Positions 24,279 through 36,913 of a DNA stretch of 48,832 nucleotides are shown one piece after another (position 1 is the stretch's first letter; each line of letters starts with the position of its first letter). Both the position numbers and the translations under genes were made by a program. This stretch comes from Fonticula alba ATCC 38817 (taxonomy: Eukaryota > Protista > Nucleariida). The DNA is taken from NCBI GenBank assembly GCA_000388065.2, contig KB932202.1. One strand, 5' to 3'. The notes beneath the pieces are model-generated. The model was given only the letters and a program-made list of their open reading frames with translations, had not been told where the DNA came from and did not search any database.

Positions 24279-26100
24279 GGGTGTGCCTCTCTCCTCCTCG
24301 CCGGCTCGGGGCCCAACAACCTGCAGTTCCCCGAGATCCTCGCCATCCTGACGCACGCCGGCCAGGTGGTCTTCCGGGCGGATGTGGATCTGGTCCACCT
24401 GCTGGGCGGCACTGCCCCCTCGATGTCCACTTTTTCGGAGGCCATTGCCCGGTGCGCCAGCCTGGCAACCGACTTCCTGGCCGGGCGGCTGGCCGTTCTG
24501 GTGGACCTGCACAACCTGATGATGCTGCATGCGCATCTGGTGGCCGGCCCACATCAGTGTGCGTATCTTCTTGCCCCCGCCTGCCGGGGCCGGGCGATGC
24601 AGCGAGAGGGCAAAGGCCAGACAACATCCCCCCCCCCCCCCCCCTCCCGCTGCCACCTTCCTGCCCCTGGTGCCTCAGCCCACTGGTGCAATGGCGTGCC
24701 CCGGTCCTGACCTCCTTCTCCCCTGTGGCCATGTCCAGGCCCCACCCTGAGCGACCTCGAGTCCTACAAAGCGCGGATCCTGTACAGCGTGGGGGACTTC
24801 CACTCGCCGGAGTTGCCCTTTTCCTCGGTGTCGACGCGCATCAGCGCCCATGCCGTGCAGGTGGCCCTGCTTAACCTGGCCATTGGTACGCCGGCAATCG
24901 CCGCGCCTCCTGTGTCTTGCCTCTGGCGTCCTCGCGGTGCCTTGTCCTGGAAACTCAGACGCCCCCCCCCTCCCCCCCCGCTTTCTCCGCCGCCCCCTCG
25001 TCCAGTGCTGGATCACCGCGCGGCCCTCGGCGCGGCCGCCGACCGACTGCCCTTCTTCCTGACCGTCCCCCTGGGGCTGTGCACGCTGACCGAGGGCACC
25101 GCCCCGCTGGGGGTCTGGTCCACCGCCGGGGCTGAGACCTTCGCCGCGGTGGACATCGAGTCGGTCCGGGCGCTGGTGCGCTATGTGCACGCGCACGCGC
25201 ATGTCAGCTTCGAGGTACGCCCGGTCCCCTCGTCCGGCCCTCTCGGCCAATGGGCACCTTTGCCGCCTCCGGGCCTGCTCCGATGACGCGCCACCACGCC
25301 CGACTGACCCGCCGGCCGGCCTCATGTGCCATCCGCCCCTTCGCCAGACCAAGACCGTCTTCATTCCGGAGCTGCTGCTGCAGGCCCTGTCCGAGGCGGT
25401 GCAGCTGTTTGACGCGTCGCGCACGCTCCTCGGGCCGGCGGCCAGCGGCGATGAGCATGGGCCAGACGGGCCGCCTGGGCCCATGGCCGGGTACTTCCAG
25501 CCGGCCGACCCTCTGGGCCTGGCGGCGCAGCTGGTCTTCCGGGTCCTGTGCCACCCGCACCAGGGCCCGATGGACTTGCTGCCGGGGTTGCTTGCGGCCA
25601 CCGGGGCCCCGGGGGCCGGGCTGCTGGCCGCTCCGGCGGATGTGCTCCTGGCCCCGGAGCCCGGCCGGCCGGTGGCGCTGCTGCCGGCCGGCGGGCGTCT
25701 CGGGCGCGATGTCAGCCTGCGCCTGTCGCGCCTCCCGGCGGCCGGGCTCCTGCGCCTGCAGGATGCCTCGCTGCCTGGGGATTTCATCTGGGTGTCGGAC
25801 TTCCCGACCCTGCCGTCCGAGCGCGTGCGCCTGCTGGTCCCCGCGTCGCGGAGCATGCTCCTCTCACGGGACGCCCCGCTGCCGGATGCCCGTGCCAAGT
25901 CCACCGAGCTGGCCTCGCGGTCGGTTGACTCGCCGGAGGCCGGCGGCCTGGCCATTTCCCTGACCGGCGAGGTGGCCAGCTTCTTGCTGTTCCGCGCGCC
26001 GCGGGCCTTGACCATCTGGCTGATCTTGCGCATTGCCCTGACCCTGGCCGAGCAGGTGGCGCGGGCCGAGGCCACCCCCGGGGAGGATGCCCCTGCCACG

Positions 26101-26142
<42 letters not shown>

Positions 26143-29100
26143 ACCACCACCACCTTCGACCGGGCTCTCTCCTCGTTGTCGATGTCCCTGCGGCCACGGA
26201 CCAGCGGGCGCGGTGATGCCGACCCGGCGGAGGCGGCCGCCCGGGCCGAAGACCTGGCCGTCTGCCGGGATCTGGCCCCCCTGCGGCGCCACGTCCGCAT
26301 GGAGCTCATCTACCCGCAGCTGTCGCTCAAGGACCCGGGGCAGATCGGCCTGGCTGCGCTGGCCACGGCCCAGCGCGAGCGCTCGACCCCGGCCGAGACC
26401 AAGGCCGCCGGGGCCCCGGCCGACGTGGGTCCGGCCGGGTCGCTCAATGCCCTGCTGGAGCAGTCCGGCGTGGGCCGGCTGCTCCCGCGCGAGTCGGCCC
26501 TCGACGCGGCCATCGCACTGTCGCTGCAGCCGGCCCCGGGCGCGGGCAACCCCGGCCCCGACGGGTCCGGCCCTGTGCCCGGGGATGGCCTCGGGTCGGT
26601 CCTCGGAGCGGCGGCCCGACGCCAGGGCCTGGCAATGGCCGGTGCCTCGGCCGGGCAGATCTCCTGGCGCGAGGGCCGTGATCACTGGCAAAATGACGCC
26701 GACGCGCCAAATTGCCAGGGCTGCAAGCAGGCCTTCAACATGCTCCGCCGGCGGCACCACTGCCGCGCGTGTGGCTTCCGTGCGTGCTCTCCGCCACCGA
26801 TGTCCCCTCTCTTCTTGCCCTCTCGTGCCCTCGGCTTCCTGCCACCCCGGGCGGCTTTGGTCGGCTCCCCTCGCGCCCCCCCCCCCCCCTCCCCCCTTGT
26901 GCTTGCCCTTCTGACCGCCTCTCGTCCCCCTCGCGCCATGGCGAGCAGTCTTCTGCGACCAGTGCTCCAACCAGAGGTGCATCATCCCCGGCATGCCGGG
27001 CAACATGCCGCCGCAGCGCGTCTGCAATGCCTGCTTTGCCCTGGTGCAGCAGGCCAACGCCGCGGCGTCCGGGTCGCGGGCCGCCGAGCCGGCCTCTCCC
27101 GCTCCGGGCGGCATGACCGGCGCCGGGGCCGGGGTGGCCTCGCCCTTCCGCATGGTGGATGCGGTGCGCACCCGGGCGTCGACCATTCTCGGGTCGCCGG
27201 CCGGGCCGTCGGGCGGCGCCTTCGCCGGGGGCGCCGGCGGCTCGGGCGCCACCCCCGGCGCGCCGGGAGGCGGGCCCGCGAGCGCGGCCGGTGCCACCAC
27301 CCCGCGTCGGCTCAAAACCGGGTCCATCCTGGGGATCCCGACCGGGCGGGGGGCTCCGCCGAGCGCCGGGCCTCCGTCGGGCATGGGCCCGGCGGCCGGC
27401 ACCAGCGCCGGTGCCCCGGCCGGCGGGCGCCTGCCCACCCTGGACCGGGCCGAATGGGGCGACATCCCGTCGGATGTCAGTGACGATGACACCATCCACT
27501 CGGACATCATCACCGAGCGGGCGGCCTGGCGGACGACCCTGCTCCAGGGCGGCCCGGCGGCCATGTTCGACCGGGCTCTCGGCCAGGCGGGCTCGCTGGC
27601 CCCCGGCGAGGAGTCGGATGCCGATGGCCCGGACCGCCATGCGGATGGCGACGGGCCGGACGCCGCTGCTGCCGAGGAGTCGGACGCCGCCGGGTCGGCG
27701 ACGGCCACGGGCCCGGCAGGCTCCGCCCTGTCGTCGGGCCCCGAGCGGCCCAGTCCGGCCGAGCGCCAGGCCCAGTCCGATGCCCGGCAGCTGCTGGTCC
27801 GCGACCAGGCGCTGTCCATGCTGGCATCCGGGGCCCTGCTGGTCCCGCCAACCGGCGGCCCCTCGGCCGGCGCATCGGACTCCGGGGACCTGGGCCCGGC
27901 GGACTCCGGGGACCTGGGCACCCCGGCCATGGCGGCCGTCGCCAGTGCCGGGCATGATGGCAACCAGGCAACCCTGGTGTCGGCGGCCTACACGCCCGGC
28001 CAGCTGGCCCGGCTTGCGGCCCCGGAGCGGGCCATGCTCCGGGCCCTGACGCGAGGCCTCCCCCTGGGCCGGTGGCCCGAGGTCGCGGACGATGTCCTGG
28101 TCCGCGCCCTGGAAGCGGCGCCCCGGTCGCCGAATGCCCCGCTGCTGATCGCCCGCATGGCGGATCTGCGTGTACGTGCCCCGGCCCTGGCCTGCTGCTT
28201 CCGCCGGCCTGCCCTCCGGCCTGGCATTGCTCCTGTCACGCCGCTGGGGTCTTGTCTCGCTGGCTAACCCCCCGCCCCTCTCCTCCCCCCCCCCCCCCCC
28301 TGGGCCCCCTCTGTCCGGCGCACACAGCGCTCCGCCCAGCTGGCCTTGGACTACTTGCAGCTGTGGCAGACCCCGGCCGACGCGCTGAATGTCCTGGGGC
28401 CCATTCGCTCGGCCCTGCCCGGGTACATGGCGTCGACGCCGGCTCCGATCGCCGGGCCCGGCGACGAGGCCAAGCCCGACGAGGAGCTCCTGCGCGAGGT
28501 CGACGTGGCCTGGGCCCGGATCCGCGTATATGGGGCTATCATGGCGGTATGTGGCCCACCGGCTGGCTGCTTCCCTCCGCCGCCCTGCTCCCTGATGCCT
28601 CACGCCGCGTGTGCCTGGTCACTGACTTCGCCGCCTCCCCTCCCCCCCTCCCCTCCAATGGTCACCACTGCCTGTCCATCCACCCTCGCCTCGTCTCCTC
28701 CTCCTCCTCCTCTCTCTCTCGTTCGCTCGCTCATCCCCCCCTCTCCCCCCCCCCCCTGGGCGAGCTTCAGCTCGACTCCTCGATCAGCCGCTGGCAGGAT
28801 CTCCACCTGCGTGCTCGATCCGATCCCCGGGGCACGGTGCTGGATCTGCTGCACCGGTTCGGGCCGGCCGCCTTCGCAAACGCCAACCCCCGCCCAGCCC
28901 ACTCGAGCCGGGGCTCGACGCATGGTGCTGGCCATCGGCCTGGCATGGGGGACTTTGTCCAGTCCCTGCCCGGGCCCGGGGCCTCCAGGCGCGCGGCCGG
29001 CACCGGCGACGAGTCGGCCAATGCGTCGCCCCTTTTGCGGGATCACTACTGGCTGGAGCCGGAGTCCAGCTTCACGGTGTTCGGGCTGTGCTCGCGATTG

Positions 29101-32100
29101 GTGGTGGCCGCGCACCCGCCGGCCGGGGCCCTGCACGGGCGCATCTTCCAGGGCACCGACCCCGCGGCGGCCGGGATGCTGATGCACATGAGCCTGGCCG
29201 GGGTTGGCGGCCCGGGGGCCGGGGCCGGCCCGGGCAGCATCGAGCGCATGCGCTCCGACCTGTTTGCTGATGATGTGGGCTCCGGGCTTGGGCCCTCGGC
29301 CTCGGGGTCATCGTCCGGCTCCGGGCCATCGTCCTCCTCCTCGATGATGGCCGGGTCGGGCTTCGATGGCGACCCCTCCTCCGGGGATCTGGCCACCTCG
29401 ACCGGGGTGCTGGACCACTCGGAGTCGGATCCCATTCTGCAGGAGATCGAGCGCTGTGAGCAGAGCATGGCCGACCTGCCAGCCGGCGCGGTGTCCGGCG
29501 ACGTGCACTACGAGTATGCATGGCTGCTGCGGCTCATCGCCACTCACCATGTCCGGTGGCGACTCACACGCAGCCGGTCGTCGTACGCCGCCGGGCCGGA
29601 CCTCGGCCTGGTGGGCGACACCATCGGCGCGGCGGAGGTCCTGTCGTCGGTGGGCGCGCGCGCGGCGCTGGTCATCTGCTCGGTGCGCAATACTCGGGTG
29701 TTGTTCTTTTTTTTTTTTTTCCGGCCTTTGGCCTGCCTTTCTCCGGTGTCTAACCATGCCTCCCTCCGCCGCGCCCCCTCTGACACGGACTCACGCGGAC
29801 TCACGCGGACTCTCATGCACACGCATACGCACATGCACACGCACACGCAGCATCTTTACCGCACGTCCGCCACCCTGGTGGGCCGTTCCGGCATGGCATT
29901 GGTCCCGACCGTGGCACGGCTCTTCCTGGCCGAGTACATGCTCAACCATCTGGGCCGGGCCCTGCCGCTGGACTCGTACAAGCGCCTGTATGATGATGAT
30001 CGCGGCCGACGCATGGTGGCATCGCTGCGCGTGGCGGCCGCGGCCGCGGCCGCGGCTACCGCCACCACCCGCGGCTCGATGGCCGACGCGGCCACCCCAG
30101 CGGCCGACCCCTCCGAGGCTGGCGCTTCTGCCACGCCCGGCAACCCGGTGGCCGATGCCACCGGCAGCTCGGCTACCAGCAGCCCGGCCCTGTCAGCGTC
30201 CTCCTCGGTCGGCCTCGGCCCCGGGGCCAGTGCCACCTCCGGGGAGGCCCTCGCCGGTGGTGATGTCCCGGCTGGCGGCGGCCCTCCGTCGGCCGGGCCG
30301 GCCACGCAGCCCGGCTCGCCGACCGGGGCCGGCCCCACGACCGGGCCTCTGGCCGTGACTCCGGGCCCCCGGGCCTCCCCGAGCGGCGGGCGCTACTCCA
30401 CCGACCTGGCTACCCGTTGCGCGCATCTGATCCACCACCCGGACCTGATCCTGGAGACGCTGCTGATGGCGCGCGACATTGCCAGCGCCCAGCGCCTGCT
30501 GCTTGCCTTCCCGGAGTCCTTCTTCGGCCTGGACGAGGATGCCAGCTATGCGGTCAGCATGCCGGCCAGCACCGGGCTGTCGAACTCCCCGTCGCTGGCC
30601 TCGCTGTCGAGCCTGTCCAGCGGCGGCAGCGGGGGAGCCCGGTCCGGCATGGGCCCGGCCGGCGGGCCGCTGGGCGGGCACCATGCCCCGGCCGGCGGGC
30701 AGCACGCGCTGTACGGCCCGCGCTCCGGCGACCAGGACCCCGTGGGTGCCTCGCAGGCGCGCAGCCTTGGCCCCAAGGCCTCGCAGCTGGTGATCGCGTA
30801 TGCGGCCAAATCCGTGGGCATCCACAACTCGGCGGCCCTGCTGGACTCCGGGCCCCCGGCCGTCGGGCTGGCGGCCACGCCGTACTTCCGTGGCGACGAC
30901 CCGGAGTGGGACCTGTCCATCCGCGAGCGGTATGTGTACATGGCCCTGGAGCAGGCCACCGAGGCCGGGGCCGGGGCCGGGGCCGCCGCCGGGGCCGGGG
31001 CCGGGGCCGCCGGGGCCGCCGCCGCAGGCGACCCGGCCACCGGGCGCCCTGCCCCGCCGGATGTCCACCTGGCCAAGCGCATCCTCTCGCTCTTTGACAA
31101 CCCCCTGAAGGCGGCCTCCCTGTGTGTGGTGTTCGCGCGAAAGCTGGCGGTTCGGCTGTCGGCGGTGGCCGGGCCGGGGCCTGGGCCCGGGGCCCTGGCC
31201 GCCGCCCTGCTGGACACCCTCTCGCCGGACACCATCATCCTGACCATGCGGCAGCTGCTCTTCCAGGCGAAGATCTACCTCTCGCAGCCGCTGAGCATGA
31301 GCGTCGATTCGCCGGAGCAGACCCCCACCGGCGGGGTGTCCCCTCGGCCGGGGGCCGGCGCGCCGACGTCCTCACTCTCGGCCGGCCTGGCCGGCCTGGC
31401 CGGGGGCCATGTGGGCGCCCCTCGCGCCGCCCCGCAGCCGGCCCCCTCCGAGGAGGATGTCCGGTCGCTGCAGGCCGCAATGCGCCAGGCGTACCAGCTT
31501 TCCAGCCAGTGCGATGTCATGCTCACCCAGCTGGAGATGATCCGCACGCTGAATGGGGCCTTCCTGGCCGGTGCCGGCGGCCTCAGTGGGCCCGGCGACA
31601 GCGGCCGGCCGGTGCACCCTGGCGATGAGGATGAGCTGCATCTCCGGGAGCCGGGCGACGGCCCGGACCCGGTGGGCTGGGTCCGCCTCGAGGACTTGAC
31701 CGACGCCAGCCGTCTCCGGTGCGTGACGCGCCTGCCCGCACCGTCGCGCACTGCCCACTTCTCCTGCGCCCCGCTCGCCTCCTTCGCCCTGTCCGCCCGC
31801 CTCCCTGTCGCCCCTTCGTCGCCGCGCCGCTGTCCTCGTCTAACCCCCTCGGCTTCTGTGCGCCCGCATGTGTGTGTGAAACTACGCTGCCGGGCCCCGG
31901 GCACCCGGGCGGACCAAACAACAACGCAGGTCCCTTCGCGAGAAGCTCCTCCAGGCTGGGCGCTTCCGCCATGCGCTGCTCCTCACGTCCAAGGTGCAGA
32001 CGCTGCTCAGCGGCACGCCGGCCGGCGGGCTGGCCCAGCCGGGCAACCCCCGTGCCTCGCTGCTGAACAGTCTCGGCACCGAGACCATCTGGATGGAATG

Positions 32101-35100
32101 GGGCGAACGGGATGCCCGGGCCGGGCGCGTGTCGCTGGCTCGGTCGCGCTTCCGTCGCGTTCTTGGTATGTTTACCTCCCGGCCTAGACAGACGTCGCCC
32201 CCCATCGACAACCAGCTCGCACAGGCAGCCCCCTCCCCCCCCCTGTGCCCGCTGTTGGCGCGGGTGGGGCTCTTTCCTTCGATCCTGCGCGCGCCGCTCT
32301 CTCTCCCATCCTGTCTCTCTCTCTCTCTCTCTTTCTTCCCGTCCCTCGTGCCTGTGCCGTCATAACCCGTGCATATCACTGATCCGCTCCATCCATGCCC
32401 CGGCTCGCACCTCGAAGAACCCGACGACCAGCGTAGCACCCCGAGCCCGGCGGCCACGGACCGCGTCGCGCGTGCCCTCGAGGCGGCCCCCTGCCTCGGT
32501 GCCGCGCTCGGCCCGGCTGCCCCGGCCGCGCCCGGCCCGGCGCAAGGGGCCGATATCACCTGCCCGGAAACCATGGCCCAGAGCCTGGCTCTGCAGGCGC
32601 AGCTGGAGCAAATCCGCAAGGTCCAGGCGCACCTTCAGGCCGCCCTGCAGCCGGCCACTGTCGGCCCCTCGACCGCCTCCGCCACCAGCGCCGTGGTCGC
32701 AGCCCTCAAGGACTCGAGCGAGTGCGTCCCCCCCCCCTCCCCCCCCCCTCCGCCTGTGCCCTTCGATTGCCGGCTTGCCTGTGTGGTTGTTCTTCCTCGC
32801 CGGCCTCCTCCCCTTCCCCTGCCGGCGGTGGGCCACGGTTGCCCGGCTTCCCCTGATGACTGACTCGCCTGCTTCCCTCCCGGCCCCAGGCTCGTGCAGC
32901 TGACGCAGAATGCCGCGTCACGCTACGCCCCCGCCGAGGAGCGCCGGGTGTCCCGGTCCTCGAATCTTGACCGCGAGCGCTTCGACATGGTGGCCTCGGT
33001 GTATCGGGTTCGTGCGGCGGCCGGGCCCGGTGGCGGCCCCGGCGGCGGCAGCGGCCCCGGCAGCGGCCCCGGCCATGCCCATCACATTGGCCCGGGAGCT
33101 GGCAGCCTGCCTGGCAGCCTGTCCATCCGGACGTCCGGGCTCGGGCCCAGTGGCGATGGGCCCGGGTCGGCCAAGCTCGGGGCCTCGGCCGGCTCGGGAC
33201 CCGCCGCCGGTGGCCCGGCCACCGCGTCCAGCCTCACGGCGCTGGTGGCTCTGGCCGCCCGGCACAGCGTCTGGTCCAAGGCCATCGTGCACCTGGGCGA
33301 GCTGGCGCACCACCACGCCGGGCCCGGGGCCGTGACCGGGACCGGCGCCAGCACCCCGGTCGGCGCCCTGCCGGTGGACCTCGCCGGGGCCCCGCCCTCG
33401 GCCCATCAGTATCTCCGCCAGCCGGAAGCCGCCGAGTCGGTGCGCGGGCTCTTCGTGGATGTGGTCCTGCGTGCCTGCTTCCAGCGCGATGGCTCGGCCC
33501 AGAATCTGGTGGCCCTGATTGACTACCACTCGCTGGATGGTGCGTCCGGCTCTTGCGCCTGCCTCGCCCCCCCCCCCCCTCTTTCTCGTTCTTTGGGCAG
33601 GCAAAGGCCGGCAAAAGAACAACTCCCCATCACCCAGTGGAAGGACCCCTCGCCCCGCGGCGCCTCGCCATGCCTTGCCTTGCCTTCCGCCGGTCCGCGT
33701 CCCCTCCTGCTGACATGCTGCCCTGTGTCCCCTGCCCGTGGCCGCAGCCGACCACGAGGTCTTCCTGCGGAATCTCCTCCGCGCGGCCGGCGTGGCCCTG
33801 CTCGCCGGGTACAAGTACCACAGCCAGGCCATCTGGAAGGCCCCGGGCCCGGCGGACGCCGAGCGCGTCGCCTGGTTCGAGTCCATCGATGCGGCCAACA
33901 GCCTGCTGCGCCAGCGCCTGGCCCTCTTCGTGGCCTCGCGCGATTACCTGGCCGCCAGTATCACCTGCATCAAGCTCTTCCTGACCCCGGCCGCGCGGAG
34001 TTTCGACTTGGCCGAGGGGGTCCGGTATTTGGCCCTCTCACACCGGTACCTGCAGCTGGGCACCAGCGCCGCCGGTGGCAGTGCCGCCGGCCCGGCACCC
34101 GGGGCCGGCCTCTCCGGCGATGCGCAAGAGCCAAGCTACTCGCGCGCGCCGCTGGGCCTGGCCGAGGCGCTGGTCCCGCGCGCGGCCAGCCGCCACAAGG
34201 ATGTGCGTCCGGAATGCCGGGCTTCCCCCGGGCCCTGGCCCCTGCTCGCCCCTCGCCCCTCGCGCGCCTCTCCGCGCCCCCGCTGCCCTCTGACCTTTGG
34301 AGCACACCTGTCGCTTGCTTCGTCCCTTTTTCACAGAGCCTCCTCCTGCAGCGGGATGTGATGGCTGCCTTTGCGCGCATCGCCGCCAAGGGGGACTCCG
34401 CCGACTCCGATGCCGTGAGCCAATTCCTCCTGACCATGCCCATCCACCTGGGTGCCTTGGGCTTCGAGTCGCCCGGCATCATCACGCAGACCGTCCCGGC
34501 GACGCTCTTCCACCAGAAGGACCAGCAACAGGGTGCGCCGCTCTCGCCAGCCTGCACCCATCCCTCCGTGCCAGCTTCTGACGACCGAACACGCACACGC
34601 CCATGCACGCGCACGCGCACGCGCACAGAGGTCTGCCGGCGCCTCCTCTACTTCGGCGAGGCTCCCCTGGCCTCGCGCATCATCCAGCAGTACGGCCTCC
34701 CGGCGCGGCTTGTTTACGTGGACGCCATCCGCCTCATCATGGCGGCCCTGGGCACTGGCCCGATGGCCAAGGCGTTGGAGGCGGCTCGGAACGCGGCGCA
34801 GCACCGGCCTTCGGGCAGCGTCCACCCGTACCTGCACCAGGCGGCCAAGGCCGCGGCCGGGCTGAGCCCCTCCAATGCCCTGACTCGCATCGACCGGCTG
34901 ATTGCCGGCGTGCGGATCTTTGCCTCGGAGGCGGATCTGGACCACATGTACACCGCGGCCGCGGTGGCCTCGTCCACCGGCTTCCGCCCGGTGTCGGCCG
35001 GCGACGAGGGCCCCAACCCGCCGTCCGGCCGTAAGCCCCTCTTCCGGTCCATTACCAGCCTCAGCAGCGACCATGTTGCCGGCCTCAATGACCAGAGCGT

Positions 35101-35581
35101 GCGTTTGCCTCGGGCCTGCTCCGCTGTGCCGGCCTCCCTGCCCGGCCCCCTCTCGCGGCCGCCCTGCCCAACCGCTAATCCCCCTGACCCCCCCCCACAC
35201 ACACAGCACACCTTCAAGTACATCAGGCAGATCACGTCGCCCTTCCGCGCGGCCCGGGCTGCCGCCCTGTCCGGGCAGCTGAAGGACGCCTATGCCCGCG
35301 CCACCAACCTCTTCAAGACCTACTCGTCCAGCCTGACGACCATGCCGGCCGACGGCCGGGCGCCGCAACCGGCCCAGCACCAGCCCGACGCCACCGGGTC
35401 CCTGGAGGCCGCCATGCTGTCGTACAGCGCGGCCGATGCCACCCCCAGTCCCGGGGCCGAGGACGCCGACGACGAGCATTCCCTCAAGTCCCTGCTCCGG
35501 CTGATCTTGGCCGAGGCCGAGCTCGCCAACAACACCAAGCACGCATCCATGACCCGAACCCTCCTGGAACGCCTCGGGTAG
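16824..35581 (+). CDS. ZFYVE26: Spastizin / ZFYVE26 (SPG15, FYVE-CENT) homolog, AP-5 partner; ~23 exons, ~4,950 aa
   Basis: 22 GT-AG introns traced in phase from ATG 16824 to TAG 35581. Matches to recalled spastizin blocks: N-terminal LSVGRWSLAN (human LRRGEWELAQ), HPDLILETLLM (HPLFMLEQLLM), YAAKSV (YAEKAL), PPDVHLAKRILSL (APSASLCIAILNL), MRQLLFQAK (MKQLLFSAK), CDVMLTQLEMIRTL, LREKLLQAG (LRNQLLEAE), IWMEWG...ARSRFRRVL (AWHAWG...AREKFSRCL), RDYLAASITCIKLF (KDQVRAAMTCIRFF), SGQLKDAY (KLRSAY). An intact FYVE domain is present. Some internal exon boundaries are uncertain. Confidence 0.85.
26686..27040 (+). other. FYVE zinc finger of spastizin, split by intron 26780-26948
   Basis: Spliced sequence WQNDADAPNCQGCKQAFNMLRRRHHCRACGFLFCDQCSNQRCIIPGMPGNMPPQRVCNACF contains WxxD, RRHHCR, RVC and all 8 Cys. 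Confidence 0.92.
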
Positions 35582-36501
35582 TAACCGCCCCGGGCCGCTT
35601 GTGTGTCGCCCTGTCCCGCGCCACCCGGCCGGGTCTGCCGCCCGGCGCCACGCGCACCCCCTTGGCCCGGGCTCTTCGCGCGCGCGCGCGTGCGCGCGCG
35701 CCATGCACCGCGAGGCCGAGACCGGCCGTGAGCACAATAGACAATCATACCGTATGTGTGCCCCGCGCACGCGCCTTCTTTGCCCCCCTCCCCTTCTACG
35801 AGGGGCCAACGGGAGGCGGCGCACCGACGGCGGAGTGCCCACGCTCTCACGGCCATGGCTAGCCGCTAACTGGCCGGTTGCTCCGCGCGATGTCGGGCGT
35901 ATGGTTGTTCTGGAGTGCCAATGACTGTTCTGATGCTCGAATCTAACGGTCGCAGGCCGCGAATCTGGTCGGCCCCAGATCGGGGTTGTTCTGGGGAATC
36001 CGCCCGCGGTTTAGATCCACCCCAGGGCCGTCAGGGCGTACCGGTACAAATGCTAAGCGCCCTCCCGGGGCCACCAGACCAGGATCCGTCGGAGAAGCTC
36101 TGGGCCTGGGGGCGCGCGCGCGCGCGCGCGCGGGGGGCGGGGGACGAGGGGGTCTGTGGGCGTTCGTCCGCCGGTGCGCGTGAGGGTGAACTTTTCCGAG
36201 CGGGGACATTATTGTCGAGCCTGATGCTCGCCGGGTCTGAGCGAGGGTGTGCGCGCGCGCGCGCGCACGCCCGTCCGCCGGTCACGCAGAGAATGGGCCT
36301 GGGGCATCTCGGGTCTTGGGGGGGTGGGACGGGCAGGCTTCGACCCCTCGCCCTCCCGCGCGCCCGTGCTGGTGGGCCAACACCCGCGGTCGGGTGGGGT
36401 CGGTGGCAGAGGCTGATCGGGCGAGCCGATCTGCCCGTTTCAGGGGGCTGGTCGGAGATCGCCCGTTGGCCTCCGCATGCCCGGCCTTCGCCGGAGGGGG
36501 G

Positions 36502-36513
36502 CTTGGCGCGGAA
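36502..36513. promoter_or_regulatory. Candidate overlapping bidirectional E2F site (CTTGGCGCGGAA) ~400 bp upstream of the E2F gene
   Basis: 7/8 match to TTTSSCGC on each strand; the reverse complement TTCCGCGCCAAG is 10/12 identical to the classic DHFR site TTTCGCGCCAAA. Confidence 0.3.
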
Positions 36514-36838
36514 GCCCCCCCCTCTGGCCGGGAAGAGGGCGCTGCGACGGCACGCAATGGGGGGGGGGGGGGGGGGAAGGAGGCGGGGAACGCCTTCTCC
36601 TCCGGCCGTTGCACGGGCGTGCGCCGGGGCTCGCCTGGCCGATCGGAGCCGGCGACGCCAGGCCCAGCCGCGCGATCTCCCGGCGCAATGACACGCCTGA
36701 AAAGGTGCCCAACCCCCGGGGGCAGCCTCCCGCCGGGAGGAGGACCATCTCCACTCCACCTCTCGCCGCCTCGCCGCACAGCCGTCCCCATCGCTCCCGC
36801 TGCCCTTCCACCGCCACTCGCGTCCACGCCTCCCCCCC

Positions 36839-36897
36839 NNNNNNNNNNNNNNNNNNNNNNNNNNNNNNNNNNNNNNNNNNNNNNNNNNNNNNNNNNN
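36839..36897. other. Assembly gap (N run)
   Basis: Run of n between C homopolymers. Confidence 1.
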
Positions 36898-36913
36898 CCC
36901 CCTGTCTGGCCCG

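Noticed and set aside
35915-35945. ATGACT...CTGA resembling a box C/D snoRNA
   Set aside because: There is no proper RTGATGA C box or terminal stem, and the spacing is far too short.
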